From Oscillospiraceae bacterium (lineage in GTDB: Bacteria; Bacillota; Clostridia; Oscillospirales; Ruminococcaceae), in assembly GCA_017421095.1 (NCBI GenBank), contig JAFQMB010000142.1, positions 1 through 45,576 on the forward strand: a DNA stretch of 45,576 nt, given 5' to 3'. Positions 19,402-28,064 of this stretch are shown one piece after another. The notes under the pieces were generated by a model. The model searched no databases and was not told where the DNA came from. It worked only from the letters and a program-made list of their open reading frames with translations. Both the position numbers and the translations under genes were made by a program. The stretch's first letter is position 1; every line of letters starts with the position of its first letter.

Positions 19402-20079
19402 TCAAAGGCCTGCTTCCTCCCAGCGAATGGGAGCAACGCCGCTGGCCGACAGAAAATCGTTTGCTTTTCGAAAATGACCGCATCCGAAAAATCCCCGATA
19501 GGCAGAAAGGGGACTGGGATGGGGCGCCTGCAACACCAGATGCTTTGGATTGTTCAGCAACTGTTTTTTGGCACCGGCATTGGCTCCCCAAAGCAAAAAG
19601 ACCACCGGCTGATCGGTTTTATTCACCACGCGGATGATGGCGTCTGTCACCTCTTCCCAGCCCTTTCCCTTATGGGAATTGGCTGCGTGGCAGCGCACCG
19701 TCAAAACCGCATTGAGCAAAAGCACTCCTTGGCCGGCCCATTTTTGCAGATCGCCGCTTTCAGGGGCTTTGGAAAGAAATCCTTCCTGAATCAATTCTTG
19801 ATAGATATTTTGCAAAGACGGGGGAACCGGACAACCCTTTTTCACACTGAAAGAAAGCCCGTGGGCCTGCCCCGGTTCGTGATAAGGATCCTGCCCCAAA
19901 ATGACCACCCGAACCTCATGAAGTGGGGTGGCGCGGAGGGCGGCATAAATATCTTCCATGGGCGGAAAGATCACCCGGCTGCGATATTCCGATTTCAAAA
20001 ATTCCCGCAGTTGCAGATAATTTTCGCTTTCAAAGGTCTCTTTCAGTGCCTCATCCCAACCGCCGCCGATGGGTTTCAT
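19402..20079 (-). CDS. ung: uracil-DNA glycosylase
   Basis: Start at MKPIGGGW, after GGGGGAG. Motifs VVILGQDPYH and GLSFSV are family-1 UDG signatures. Confidence 0.93.
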   Translation of the reverse strand: MKPIGGGWDEALKETFESENYLQLREFLKSEYRSRVIFPPMEDIYAALRATPLHEVRVVILGQDPYHEPGQAHGLSFSVKKGCPVPPSLQNIYQELIQEGFLSKAPESGDLQKWAGQGVLLLNAVLTVRCHAANSHKGKGWEEVTDAIIRVVNKTDQPVVFLLWGANAGAKKQLLNNPKHLVLQAPHPSPLSAYRGFFGCGHFRKANDFLSASGVAPIRWEEAGL

Positions 20080-20098
20080 CTCTCTCCCCCCTGTTTTA

Positions 20099-20776
20099 TC
20101 ACATCTCTGCCTTTTCCTTGCTCCGCTGGCCCAGTTTGTTTTCCGTCCCATTGATCAATCGCACAATGTTGGAACGGTGCATAAAAATGCTGGTGGAGGA
20201 AATCACCGCTGAAAAAATCAGCGGCGGCCAAAGGGAAGCATATGCCCCCAGCAACCCGAAAATCAGCGTGCAGACAAAAAAGCAAACCATCCCCAACACA
20301 GAGCCGAGGGAAACATACTTTGTGGTGCTCACCACAATCACAAACAAAACAAAACAGATAACAGCAATCCGCCAATCAATAAACAACCAGGAGGCAACGG
20401 TGGTCAAAACCCCTTTGCCGCCTCGAAATTCAAACCAAATAGGCTTGATGTGGCCTGCGATCACAAAATAGGCACCCAGACAGCCGGCCCAAAGATAAGC
20501 CGGGTCTTCAGGGGTGTATCCAAAGGCAAAATGCATCAAGCCCTTGGCAAACCAAACGCCGCCTGCCGCCTTGGCCATATCCCCGATGAGGGTGAGAAGA
20601 GCCGCCTTGCCGCCATAAACCCGCAGGGTGTTGGTCAAGCCGGCGTTGCCGCTGCCGTATTCCCGAATATCCTGATGAAAAAGTTTGCGCGAAACGATCA
20701 CGGCGCTGGAAATGCTGCCCAGCAAATAGGCAACCACACAGATGGAAAGATATGCCAAAATATGCCAACCGATCAT
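20099..20776 (-). CDS. plsY: glycerol-3-phosphate acyltransferase PlsY
   Basis: AAAGGAG lies 7 nt before the ATG at 20776. The translation MIGWHILAYLSICVVAYLLGSISSAVIVSR...GSGNAGLTN is a polytopic membrane protein. Confidence 0.9.
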   Translation of the reverse strand: MIGWHILAYLSICVVAYLLGSISSAVIVSRKLFHQDIREYGSGNAGLTNTLRVYGGKAALLTLIGDMAKAAGGVWFAKGLMHFAFGYTPEDPAYLWAGCLGAYFVIAGHIKPIWFEFRGGKGVLTTVASWLFIDWRIAVICFVLFVIVVSTTKYVSLGSVLGMVCFFVCTLIFGLLGAYASLWPPLIFSAVISSTSIFMHRSNIVRLINGTENKLGQRSKEKAEM

Positions 20777-20801
20777 TCTGCTGCTCCTTTCTGAAAATGG
20801 C

Positions 20802-22124
20802 TCAATCCTCGCTCCGTTCCCGGATCTGCATCCGGATGGGAGTTCCCACAAAACCGAACACCTCACGAATGCGATTTTCAATATAACGCTGATAAGAATA
20901 ATGGAACAGATCCGCCCGATTGCAGAACAAAACAAAGGTGGGGGGTGCCGTTGCCGCCTGAGTCATATAATAAATTTTCAAACGGCGGCCCTTATCGGTG
21001 GGGGGCTGCACTCTTGTGGTGGCATCGGCCAACAGGTCATTGAGTTGCCCGGTGGGGATGCGCTTTTTGTTTTCTGCCACCGCCGCCACCATCATCTCAA
21101 ACATCTTATCCAGCCGCTGGCCGGTTTTGGCGCTGATGAAAACAAACGGCGCATAACTCATAAAGGAAAAATCATTTTCCAGTTTCTTGCGGAACTGTTC
21201 CAGCGTTCCGGTTTCTTTTTCAACGGCATCCCATTTGTTCACCGCGATCACACAGGCCTTTCCCTGTTCGTGGGCATAACCTGCCACCTTGGAATCCTGT
21301 TCAGTGAAGCCCACCGTCGCATCAATCAAAATCAAGCAGACATCCGAACGATCCACCGCCATGTAAGAACGCAGCACACTGTATTTTTCCACCGGATCAT
21401 CCACTCTGGATTTTCTGCGGATTCCGGCGGTGTCGATGAGCAGGAATTTGCCGTATTTATTCTCGATAGGGCTGTCGATGGCATCTCTTGTGGTGCCGGC
21501 CATATCCGAAACGATGCTGCGGTTTTCACCGGTCAGTTTGTTGATCAGCGAAGATTTGCCCACATTGGGTTTGCCGATCACCGCCACACAGATGCGGTCC
21601 TCTTCCTGTTCCACTTCGGGGATCTGCTGCAGTTCTTCAAAAATCCGATCCAGCAGATCGCCGGTGCCGTGGCCATGGACAGAGGAAACCCCAACCGGAT
21701 CCCCCAGCCCCAGATTATAAAACTCATAAAACTGTGCCGGCGGATCCCCCAGGGAGTCACACTTGTTCACACACAAAATCACCGGCTTGCCGCTTTTGCG
21801 CAAAAGCGCCCCAACCGCTTCGTCATTTGCGGTGACACCGGTTGTCACATCGGTCACCAAAACGATCACATCGGCGCTTTCCACCGCCAGCATCGCCTGC
21901 TCACGCATCTGCAGTAAAAGGGTGTTATCGGTTATGGGCTCGATGCCGCCGGTATCCACCAGCATAAAAGCGCGGTTGTTCCATTCGGCCTTGGCATAAA
22001 TTCGGTCACGGGTCACACCGGGAGTGTCATCCACAATGCTGATCCGCTTGCCGGTCAATTTGTTAAAAAGGGTGGATTTTCCCACATTGGGGCGGCCCAC
22101 CACAGCAACAATAGGTTCGCTCAT
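20802..22124 (-). CDS. der: ribosome-associated GTPase Der (EngA)
   Basis: Two tandem GTPase domains (GRPNVGKSTLFN and GKPNVGKSSLIN) plus a KH-like C-terminus. Confidence 0.95.
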   Translation of the reverse strand: MSEPIVAVVGRPNVGKSTLFNKLTGKRISIVDDTPGVTRDRIYAKAEWNNRAFMLVDTGGIEPITDNTLLLQMREQAMLAVESADVIVLVTDVTTGVTANDEAVGALLRKSGKPVILCVNKCDSLGDPPAQFYEFYNLGLGDPVGVSSVHGHGTGDLLDRIFEELQQIPEVEQEEDRICVAVIGKPNVGKSSLINKLTGENRSIVSDMAGTTRDAIDSPIENKYGKFLLIDTAGIRRKSRVDDPVEKYSVLRSYMAVDRSDVCLILIDATVGFTEQDSKVAGYAHEQGKACVIAVNKWDAVEKETGTLEQFRKKLENDFSFMSYAPFVFISAKTGQRLDKMFEMMVAAVAENKKRIPTGQLNDLLADATTRVQPPTDKGRRLKIYYMTQAATAPPTFVLFCNRADLFHYSYQRYIENRIREVFGFVGTPIRMQIRERSED

Positions 22125-22172
22125 GAATCATTTCTCCGTTCTCATAAATCAAATGGGGGTTGCCCGAAACGG

Positions 22173-23498
22173 TCAAATCTCGCGCACATCCCCTTGGGGG
22201 CTGACACTGTAAAACAGCAGTTTTTCAGGGATCACAGGGGAGGAGGAAAAGGCATATGCCCGCCGCAGATGGGCCATCCCGTCGGCCAGGTGTTTTTCAT
22301 CCGAGGCATAAAGGGTTGCCAGAAGATCACCCTTCTTCACCCGGTCACCCACCTTTTTCGCCAAAAGAATTCCGGCGCCGTGATCGATGCTTTCGCCCTT
22401 TTTCATTCGCCCTGCTCCAAGAAGAGCCGAGGCAAAGCCGCATGTTTCACCGTCCAGAGAGGAAAGATAGCCATCCTCTTCTGCCAAAAGAGCTGTTGTC
22501 ACATTCGAAAGAGGCAACCCTTCGGTCACAAAGGAAGGATCTCCTCCCTGGGCGATCACCATCTCTTTGCATTTTTCCAGGGCTGAATTATCCGAAAGCA
22601 CCCGTTTCACATCTGCCTCTGCTCTTTTTTCATCCTGTTTGTATCGTTCCGGCAGGCTGAGCAAAACAAGTCTGGTGGCCAACGCCAAAATCACACAACG
22701 AAGATCCTCCGGGCCGCCGCCTTTCAAAACCTCCAGCGCCTCGTTCACCTCCAAAGCATTGCCGATGGCGTTGCCCAAAGGCTGCTCCATTCCGGTCAGA
22801 ATCGCCCAAACGCTGCGATTGACCTGTCTTCCGATGGCAACCATCTCTTTGGCCAGTTCCAAAGCATCCGACGTTTCTTTCATAAAGGCGCCGCTGCCCA
22901 CCTTCACATCCAAAAGAATATCGGAACAGCCTGCCGCAATCTTTTTGCTCATAATGCTGGATGCGATCAGCGGAATGCTCTGCACCGTTCCGGTGCCGTC
23001 CCGCAGGGCATATAATTTTTTGTCTGCCGGCGCCAGGTCACCCGATTGACCAACCACCACCGCGCCCACCTTTTTCCCGATTTCGATCATCCGGTTGGCA
23101 GAAAGGGTGGTCTGAAAACCGGGAATGGCTTCCAGTTTGTCGATGGTGCCGCCGGTATGTCCCAATCCCCGGCCACTCATTTTGATCATCTTTCCCCCGA
23201 GGGCAGCCACAATCGGTGCTAAAATCAAGGTGGTCTTATCCCCCACTCCACCGGTGGAGTGTTTATCCACCGTGCGGGCCTGCAGGGCAGAAAGATCCAT
23301 CACATCGCCACTGTTTGCCATTTCCATTGTCAAAGCGGCGGTTTCTTCCGGCTCCATTCCAACAAAGCAAACGGCCATAAGGAAGGCTGCGGTCTGCTCA
23401 TCGGGAATGGTTCCGTCACAAATGCCACGAACAAAAAAACGGATTTCCTCGACATTCAGCGCCTTACCGGCCCTTTTCTTTGCAATCAGTTCCAACAT
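22173..23498 (-). CDS. pdp: pyrimidine-nucleoside (thymidine) phosphorylase
   Basis: MLELIAKKR...EEIRFFV...DEQTAAFLMAV...DKHSTGGVGDKTTL. The ATG at 23498 is preferred over the upstream TTG used by the track ORF. Confidence 0.9.
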   Translation of the reverse strand: MLELIAKKRAGKALNVEEIRFFVRGICDGTIPDEQTAAFLMAVCFVGMEPEETAALTMEMANSGDVMDLSALQARTVDKHSTGGVGDKTTLILAPIVAALGGKMIKMSGRGLGHTGGTIDKLEAIPGFQTTLSANRMIEIGKKVGAVVVGQSGDLAPADKKLYALRDGTGTVQSIPLIASSIMSKKIAAGCSDILLDVKVGSGAFMKETSDALELAKEMVAIGRQVNRSVWAILTGMEQPLGNAIGNALEVNEALEVLKGGGPEDLRCVILALATRLVLLSLPERYKQDEKRAEADVKRVLSDNSALEKCKEMVIAQGGDPSFVTEGLPLSNVTTALLAEEDGYLSSLDGETCGFASALLGAGRMKKGESIDHGAGILLAKKVGDRVKKGDLLATLYASDEKHLADGMAHLRRAYAFSSSPVIPEKLLFYSVSPQGDVREI

Positions 23499-23610
23499 CT
23501 GCACAAAACACACCCCCAAGCAAAAAACGAAGCCATACTACACCAATTATATTCCTTTTTATCATACCACAAAACACCCACTCTGGCAAGAGAAGCCGGG
23601 CAGAATTTCC

Positions 23611-23638
23611 AAAAGAAAGAGGGGGCAAAGGCCTCCCT
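23611..23638 (-). terminator. candidate terminator of spoIIR
   Basis: On the minus strand, hairpin AGGGAGG-cctttgc-CCCCCT is followed by a U-rich run (CTTTCTTTT). Confidence 0.45.
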
Positions 23639-23661
23639 TTTTCGCCTTCGCCCCACCGATT

Positions 23662-24303
23662 TTATTTTTCTTCCCCAAAGAGCCGATGATAAAGTTCCAT
23701 CACCGCATCATAAAGAAACAGCCGCACCTGATACTTTTCGCTGTTGGTCAAAATATCGCATTGGGTTTCGTTCAAAACGCTGCCAAGGGCAGTTTTGTTC
23801 TCTTCCTTAGAAGTGGCGGAAAGGCAGATTTTCGGGAAGAGCAGACACCACCAATTTTTTCCCTCGCCGCTTCCGATCACCACCCGAACCGCCTGATAGT
23901 TCCCGGCCGGCAGCGTGGTTCCGTCTTCATAAACCCGCTTGGAAAAAAACATCTCGGTGACCAGGATTTCCACCTCGTCGTTACAACCTGCCGCTTCCAG
24001 CGCCCCTTTGGCCGCCGCTTCCAGCCGTTCTTTTTCTTTTAGCGCAATATTTTTGGCTTCCTTGGCATCCAAAGCCGACGAAAAAAGTTCCCGTGCTTCT
24101 TCCAAAACGGCATCCCGCGCCGCCAATTTTAATTCCTGATCCAATCTTTCGTTGCTGTTTGCCACCACATGCAGTCGCAACACCTGCTCCCGGATCCCGT
24201 CCACCTGAGAAACAAAGGGCCTCATCGCCCCAAACACCAGCGCCAACCCTACAAAAAGCAATCCGCAGAGCGCCAACATCAACCCTTGTCTTTTCCGTTT
24301 CAA
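23662..24303 (-). CDS. spoIIR: stage II sporulation protein R
   Basis: LRLHVVANSN...GEGKNWWCLLFP is the SpoIIR hallmark. The start is placed at the TTG at 24303 (GGAGGG 7 nt upstream), giving MKRKRQGLMLALCGLL with a signal/TM segment. Confidence 0.88.
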   Translation of the reverse strand: MKRKRQGLMLALCGLLFVGLALVFGAMRPFVSQVDGIREQVLRLHVVANSNERLDQELKLAARDAVLEEARELFSSALDAKEAKNIALKEKERLEAAAKGALEAAGCNDEVEILVTEMFFSKRVYEDGTTLPAGNYQAVRVVIGSGEGKNWWCLLFPKICLSATSKEENKTALGSVLNETQCDILTNSEKYQVRLFLYDAVMELYHRLFGEEK

Positions 24304-24455
24304 GATCTGTCCCTCCTTTCTCTCTTTGCCAACATTCTGGGCATTTTTTCCGGATTCTATACAAAGAGAAAAAACTTTTTCCACCCATTGGCAATCAGGC
24401 ACCTTATCACATAAAATAGGGCGTCCGACAACGAGTATACAAGGGAGGGGTTTTT

Positions 24456-25334
24456 ATGGTGATCGGCATCTGCGGCGGAGATCTTCGTATGGCGGAACTG
24501 GCCAATCTTGCCGCCGCCCGGGGAGACCGGGTGTTTGTTACAGGTTTTGACTCGGGCGCGGTGTTTTCCGACCGAATCTTTCTCTCCCGGGATCCTGCCG
24601 TTCTTTCCTCCTGTGATCGGGTGATCCTGCCCCTTCCCGTCAGTCGGGATAATGAATTCCTTTTCGCCCCCTTCGCCGGTGCCCCTATCCCTCTTTCCGC
24701 CCTTTGGCCGCTCCTTTTGGATGTCCCCTTTGTCTTTGCCGGAAAGGTGGAAGAATCGGTCAAGAAGACCGCCGCACAAAAGGGGATTTTTTTGCAGGAT
24801 TATCTGACAAGAGAAGATTTTGCGGTAGCCAACGCCCTTCCCACCGCCGAAGGGGCCATCCAGATTGCCATGGAACAACTTCGCTGCACCCTGGCAGATG
24901 CTCCTTGCCTTGTTTTGGGCTATGGAAGGGTTGCGATGGTCCTTTCTCACCTTCTGAAAAGTCTTTCGCCCCGGGTCACTGTTTCCTGCCGCAACATCGG
25001 AGCCCTCACCCTGGCAGAAGCGATGGGCAACAAGACCATCCATCTCCCCCGTCTTCTTTCTCATATTTCTGATTTTTCTTTGATCTTCAACACCATCCCC
25101 GCCCGCATTCTGCCGGAAAGTCATCTGCGTGCCATGCGGCAGGATGCTTTGATTTTGGAATTGGCCTCTGCCCCGGGCGGCGCCGATCCTGCCCTTTGCA
25201 GAAAACTGGGGATCAAACTGGTCTCCTGTCAATCTCTGCCCGGCAAGGTGGCGCCGGTCACCGGCGGACGGATCATTTTGGAAACCACCGATCATATGGC
25301 CGCCGAACAGGCAGAAAGGGAGGAGAGGAGATGA
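24456..25334 (+). CDS. dpaA: dipicolinate synthase subunit A
   Basis: An AAGGGAGGGG RBS; the MVIGICGGDLR N-terminus and a Rossmann-like central domain (LVLGYGRV). It lies immediately upstream of dpaB with an ATGA overlap. Confidence 0.85.
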   Translation: MVIGICGGDLRMAELANLAAARGDRVFVTGFDSGAVFSDRIFLSRDPAVLSSCDRVILPLPVSRDNEFLFAPFAGAPIPLSALWPLLLDVPFVFAGKVEESVKKTAAQKGIFLQDYLTREDFAVANALPTAEGAIQIAMEQLRCTLADAPCLVLGYGRVAMVLSHLLKSLSPRVTVSCRNIGALTLAEAMGNKTIHLPRLLSHISDFSLIFNTIPARILPESHLRAMRQDALILELASAPGGADPALCRKLGIKLVSCQSLPGKVAPVTGGRIILETTDHMAAEQAEREERR

Positions 25335-25909
25335 AACGAATCGGTTTTGCTCTTTGCGGAAGCTTTTGCTGCTTTGAAAAGGCCTTTTGTGCCATGGAAA
25401 AACTGGTGGCATCCGGCTATCAGGTGACCCCCATCTTCTCGTTTGCCTCTCAAACCTGCAACACCAGATTCGGTTCCCCCGACCGACACCTTTTGCGCGC
25501 CGAGATGATCTGCGGCTGCCCCCCTGTCTGCAAACTGGAAGAGGCCGAGCGATTCGGCCCCGAAAAGAGTTTTGATCTGATGGTGGTGGCCCCCTGCACC
25601 GCCTCCACCTGCCGCCGTCTGGCCGACGGCCTTTATGACACCCCGGTTTCTCTTGGGGTAAAGGCTCATCTGCGCAACGGCCGGCCGGTTCTTCTCGCCA
25701 TCTGCACCAACGATGCCCTTTCCCTTTCCGCCCCCACCATCGGCCGTCTTTTGCCCCTCAAAAATTTCTTTTTTGTCCCCATGGTCCAGGATGATCCGGA
25801 AAATAAACCCACCAGCGCTGTGGCTGATTTCTCTCTGCTTCCCGCCGCTGTTTCCGCCGCCCTGGAGGGCAAACAGCTCAGGCCCTTGTTCCTTTTGCCG
25901 GAAAAATAA
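25331..25909 (+). CDS. dpaB: dipicolinate synthase subunit B (flavoprotein-like)
   Basis: MKRIGFALCGSFCCF...VAPCTASTCRRLADG is the typical SpoVFB/DpaB signature. The ATG at 25331 overlaps the dpaA TGA. Confidence 0.88.
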   Translation: MKRIGFALCGSFCCFEKAFCAMEKLVASGYQVTPIFSFASQTCNTRFGSPDRHLLRAEMICGCPPVCKLEEAERFGPEKSFDLMVVAPCTASTCRRLADGLYDTPVSLGVKAHLRNGRPVLLAICTNDALSLSAPTIGRLLPLKNFFFVPMVQDDPENKPTSAVADFSLLPAAVSAALEGKQLRPLFLLPEK

Positions 25910-25916
25910 TAAAAAA

Positions 25917-25947
25917 TAGCCCCTGCTGTTGCAGAGGCTATTTTTTT
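25917..25947. terminator. bidirectional terminator between dpaB and the convergent DUF4434-like gene
   Basis: The stem TAGCCCCTGC/GCAGAGGCTA is flanked by an A-run upstream and T7 downstream. Confidence 0.7.
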
Positions 25948-25970
25948 ATCAGACATTACAGATATTTTGA

Positions 25971-27008
25971 TCAATCATCCCAGCAGGCGAAACGGGCAGC
26001 ATACTGCACATAGGCTTTGTGGTTCAAGCGGCCGCGTTCAGCGCGGGCAGGATGTCTGTCTGAAGGAACATTGGGATTATAGTGGTGGGAATAAGAGAAG
26101 GTGATCATCTTTTCGGCATAAGCCGCTGCGATATGAAGTTGAGCGACAAAACGGCTGATATCCCCGGGGGCCAGGTCATTCGCATGATTGTCGCCGCGCA
26201 TGGATTCGTTGCCGAAATTCTCGCAGTTCACCCAGAAGCGCAGACGGCCATCCTCTTCCACCGCACGGGCAATGGCAGCCAGCCCCTCTTCCACATAGCG
26301 AATAGAAAAGTCGAAAGCACCGTAAGAATCCTGGGGACACATAATATCTCCCTTGCGGAAATTGGTCAGCCGCAGCATATTGCGATACTGTGCCTCAATC
26401 CGTTCAGGGGTGGAACGATAGGCGGCACTGAAGAAGGGCGACATCAGCATGGGCAGATCGGGATTGAGTTCGTTGAGCACCTCGATATCCTTATTGAGCA
26501 TTCTGGCCCAATCCTCTTCCCAGTTGTCGTTGTGGGTATACATCTCCTGAGTCCAATAGAAACCGGCAAAGGCCTCTTTATATTCTTCATAATAGGTGTT
26601 ATAAATCTCTCTGGCAAAGCGGGCGGTAAAATCGCAATAGGTATCCTGCCACTTTTCATCCACAAAAAAGCGGTCCCACCATTCCTGTCCGGCGATCATA
26701 GGCAGTCCGACGAACACCCCGATCTTATGATCTTTTGCCGATGCAAGCAGATTCCCCAGCATATCGGGATATTCTTCATACTCGGGCAGATGGAGTGCCG
26801 TGTCCTTTGCCAGCCCCTCGCTTTTGTGGTGAATCGTTTTGATCCCACCACGCTCCACCTCGCCGGTCCATTGAAGAACAAAGGTGTCAATCCCGGCCTC
26901 ATTGAGCACGTCGAAATGTTTGTCGAAATCGGCTTTTTGCCATTTCTCACACATCTCCGGCTGCATAAAATCTCCGGTCACAACAGGTTTACAACGCAAT
27001 CCTTTCAT
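25971..27008 (-). CDS. DUF4434-like glycoside-hydrolase-fold protein
   Basis: 345 aa with no signal peptide. It is Trp/Tyr/acid-rich in a TIM-barrel-like way (VTGDFMQP...VLQW...FYWTQEM). The family assignment is from memory only. Confidence 0.55.
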   Translation of the reverse strand: MKGLRCKPVVTGDFMQPEMCEKWQKADFDKHFDVLNEAGIDTFVLQWTGEVERGGIKTIHHKSEGLAKDTALHLPEYEEYPDMLGNLLASAKDHKIGVFVGLPMIAGQEWWDRFFVDEKWQDTYCDFTARFAREIYNTYYEEYKEAFAGFYWTQEMYTHNDNWEEDWARMLNKDIEVLNELNPDLPMLMSPFFSAAYRSTPERIEAQYRNMLRLTNFRKGDIMCPQDSYGAFDFSIRYVEEGLAAIARAVEEDGRLRFWVNCENFGNESMRGDNHANDLAPGDISRFVAQLHIAAAYAEKMITFSYSHHYNPNVPSDRHPARAERGRLNHKAYVQYAARFACWDD

Positions 27009-27031
27009 GGTGAAAACTCCTCTCGGATGTT

Positions 27032-28033
27032 TTATTTTTCAGTTTGTGCCCCATCTTGTGACACAAACCGTTTTTCCAACATTTTGCAAAAAAGACTGAT
27101 CTTTTCGGGGACCAAGGAATAATAAACCCGTCTTCCCTCCTGCCGTTTCGCGATCAACCCAGCGTCTTTGAGCAAATTCAAATGATAGATGAGCTTTGGC
27201 TGTGGCATCTCCATCAACCGGCAAAATTCCCCCACATAAATTTCCTTCTCCCGAAGTTTTGTCAACATCCGAAGCCGAATGGGATCATCCAGCGCCCGAA
27301 GGAAAACCGGCAAAAGATCCGTTTCTTCCTCCTGGGGTTCTATCCACTCCAACTGTCGAAGAGCCGCCTCGCAATCCAGCCCCATCAACATCAGGCAACT
27401 CTCTTCTTCCCGGGTAAGAAAGGTCAAAGGGTGGAGGGCAAACAAACTCACAGCCGCCTGCCACACATAAATTTTGGGCATTCTTTCGAAAAAGCGGATC
27501 ACATCCGAACATTTTTCTTCAGAAATACAAAGGTCGGTTCCCTCAAACTGAAAACGAAGGGCGCTCAACAGTTCCTTCTTCGTCTGATAAACCACCTGCA
27601 ACCGATCGGCCAGATGCAAAAGAAAGTCCACCGCCTCTTTCCGAATCAAAGAAATATCTTTCACCAACTGCTCCAGCGAGGAAAGAATCTGCGGATCCGT
27701 TTCCTCTTTCCAAAAGAGCAGCAGATCACCCAAAAGCCCCTCTTGATTCACAAAAGAAAGTTCCCTTGCGATCTTCTGCACCGGATCATATAAAAACAAA
27801 AGATGTTTGTATCGCTCCAGCAAAAAACAGCGATCCTCTTTGGGCAGGAAAAGCGCTTTCAGCCTTTCATCGGGCGATCCCATGGCATCTTTGAGATAAC
27901 ACATCATTCCCTGTTGCTCGGATGTTTTCGTTTGGATGGATTCTTCGGGCAAAAACATCCACCCTGCCGCCAACAAAAGATCCGCGCCAAAGCCTGCCTC
28001 CTGCACCGTGTGAATGGTGAGCCGTTTTTTCAT
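27032..28033 (-). CDS. ArsR/SmtB-type wHTH regulator with a roughly 250-aa N-terminal domain of unknown function
   Basis: GGAGGTGG lies 7 nt before the ATG at 28033. The C-terminus LDDPIRLRMLTKLREKEIYVGEFCRLMEMPQPKLIYHLNLLKDAGLIAKRQEGRRVYYSL is a canonical ArsR HTH. I do not recognise the N-terminal domain. Confidence 0.7.
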   Translation of the reverse strand: MKKRLTIHTVQEAGFGADLLLAAGWMFLPEESIQTKTSEQQGMMCYLKDAMGSPDERLKALFLPKEDRCFLLERYKHLLFLYDPVQKIARELSFVNQEGLLGDLLLFWKEETDPQILSSLEQLVKDISLIRKEAVDFLLHLADRLQVVYQTKKELLSALRFQFEGTDLCISEEKCSDVIRFFERMPKIYVWQAAVSLFALHPLTFLTREEESCLMLMGLDCEAALRQLEWIEPQEEETDLLPVFLRALDDPIRLRMLTKLREKEIYVGEFCRLMEMPQPKLIYHLNLLKDAGLIAKRQEGRRVYYSLVPEKISLFCKMLEKRFVSQDGAQTEK

Positions 28034-28064
28034 CGCTTTTCCACCTCCCATCCCTTTTTTATGA

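Noticed and set aside
18020-19591. The full 523-aa track ORF taken as the cca gene.
   Set aside because: Its first 63 or so codons overlap the 3' end of ung and encode an Arg/Ser/Cys-rich sequence with no similarity to nucleotidyltransferases. The conserved domain begins near residue 80, so an internal GTG or TTG start after the ung stop is far more likely.
24410-24418. A sigma-K-like -10 (CATAAAATA, matching CATA-N3-TA) 38 nt upstream of dpaA.
   Set aside because: I found no matching -35 AC element at the correct 16-17-nt spacing. The 9-mer alone is too weak to call a promoter.
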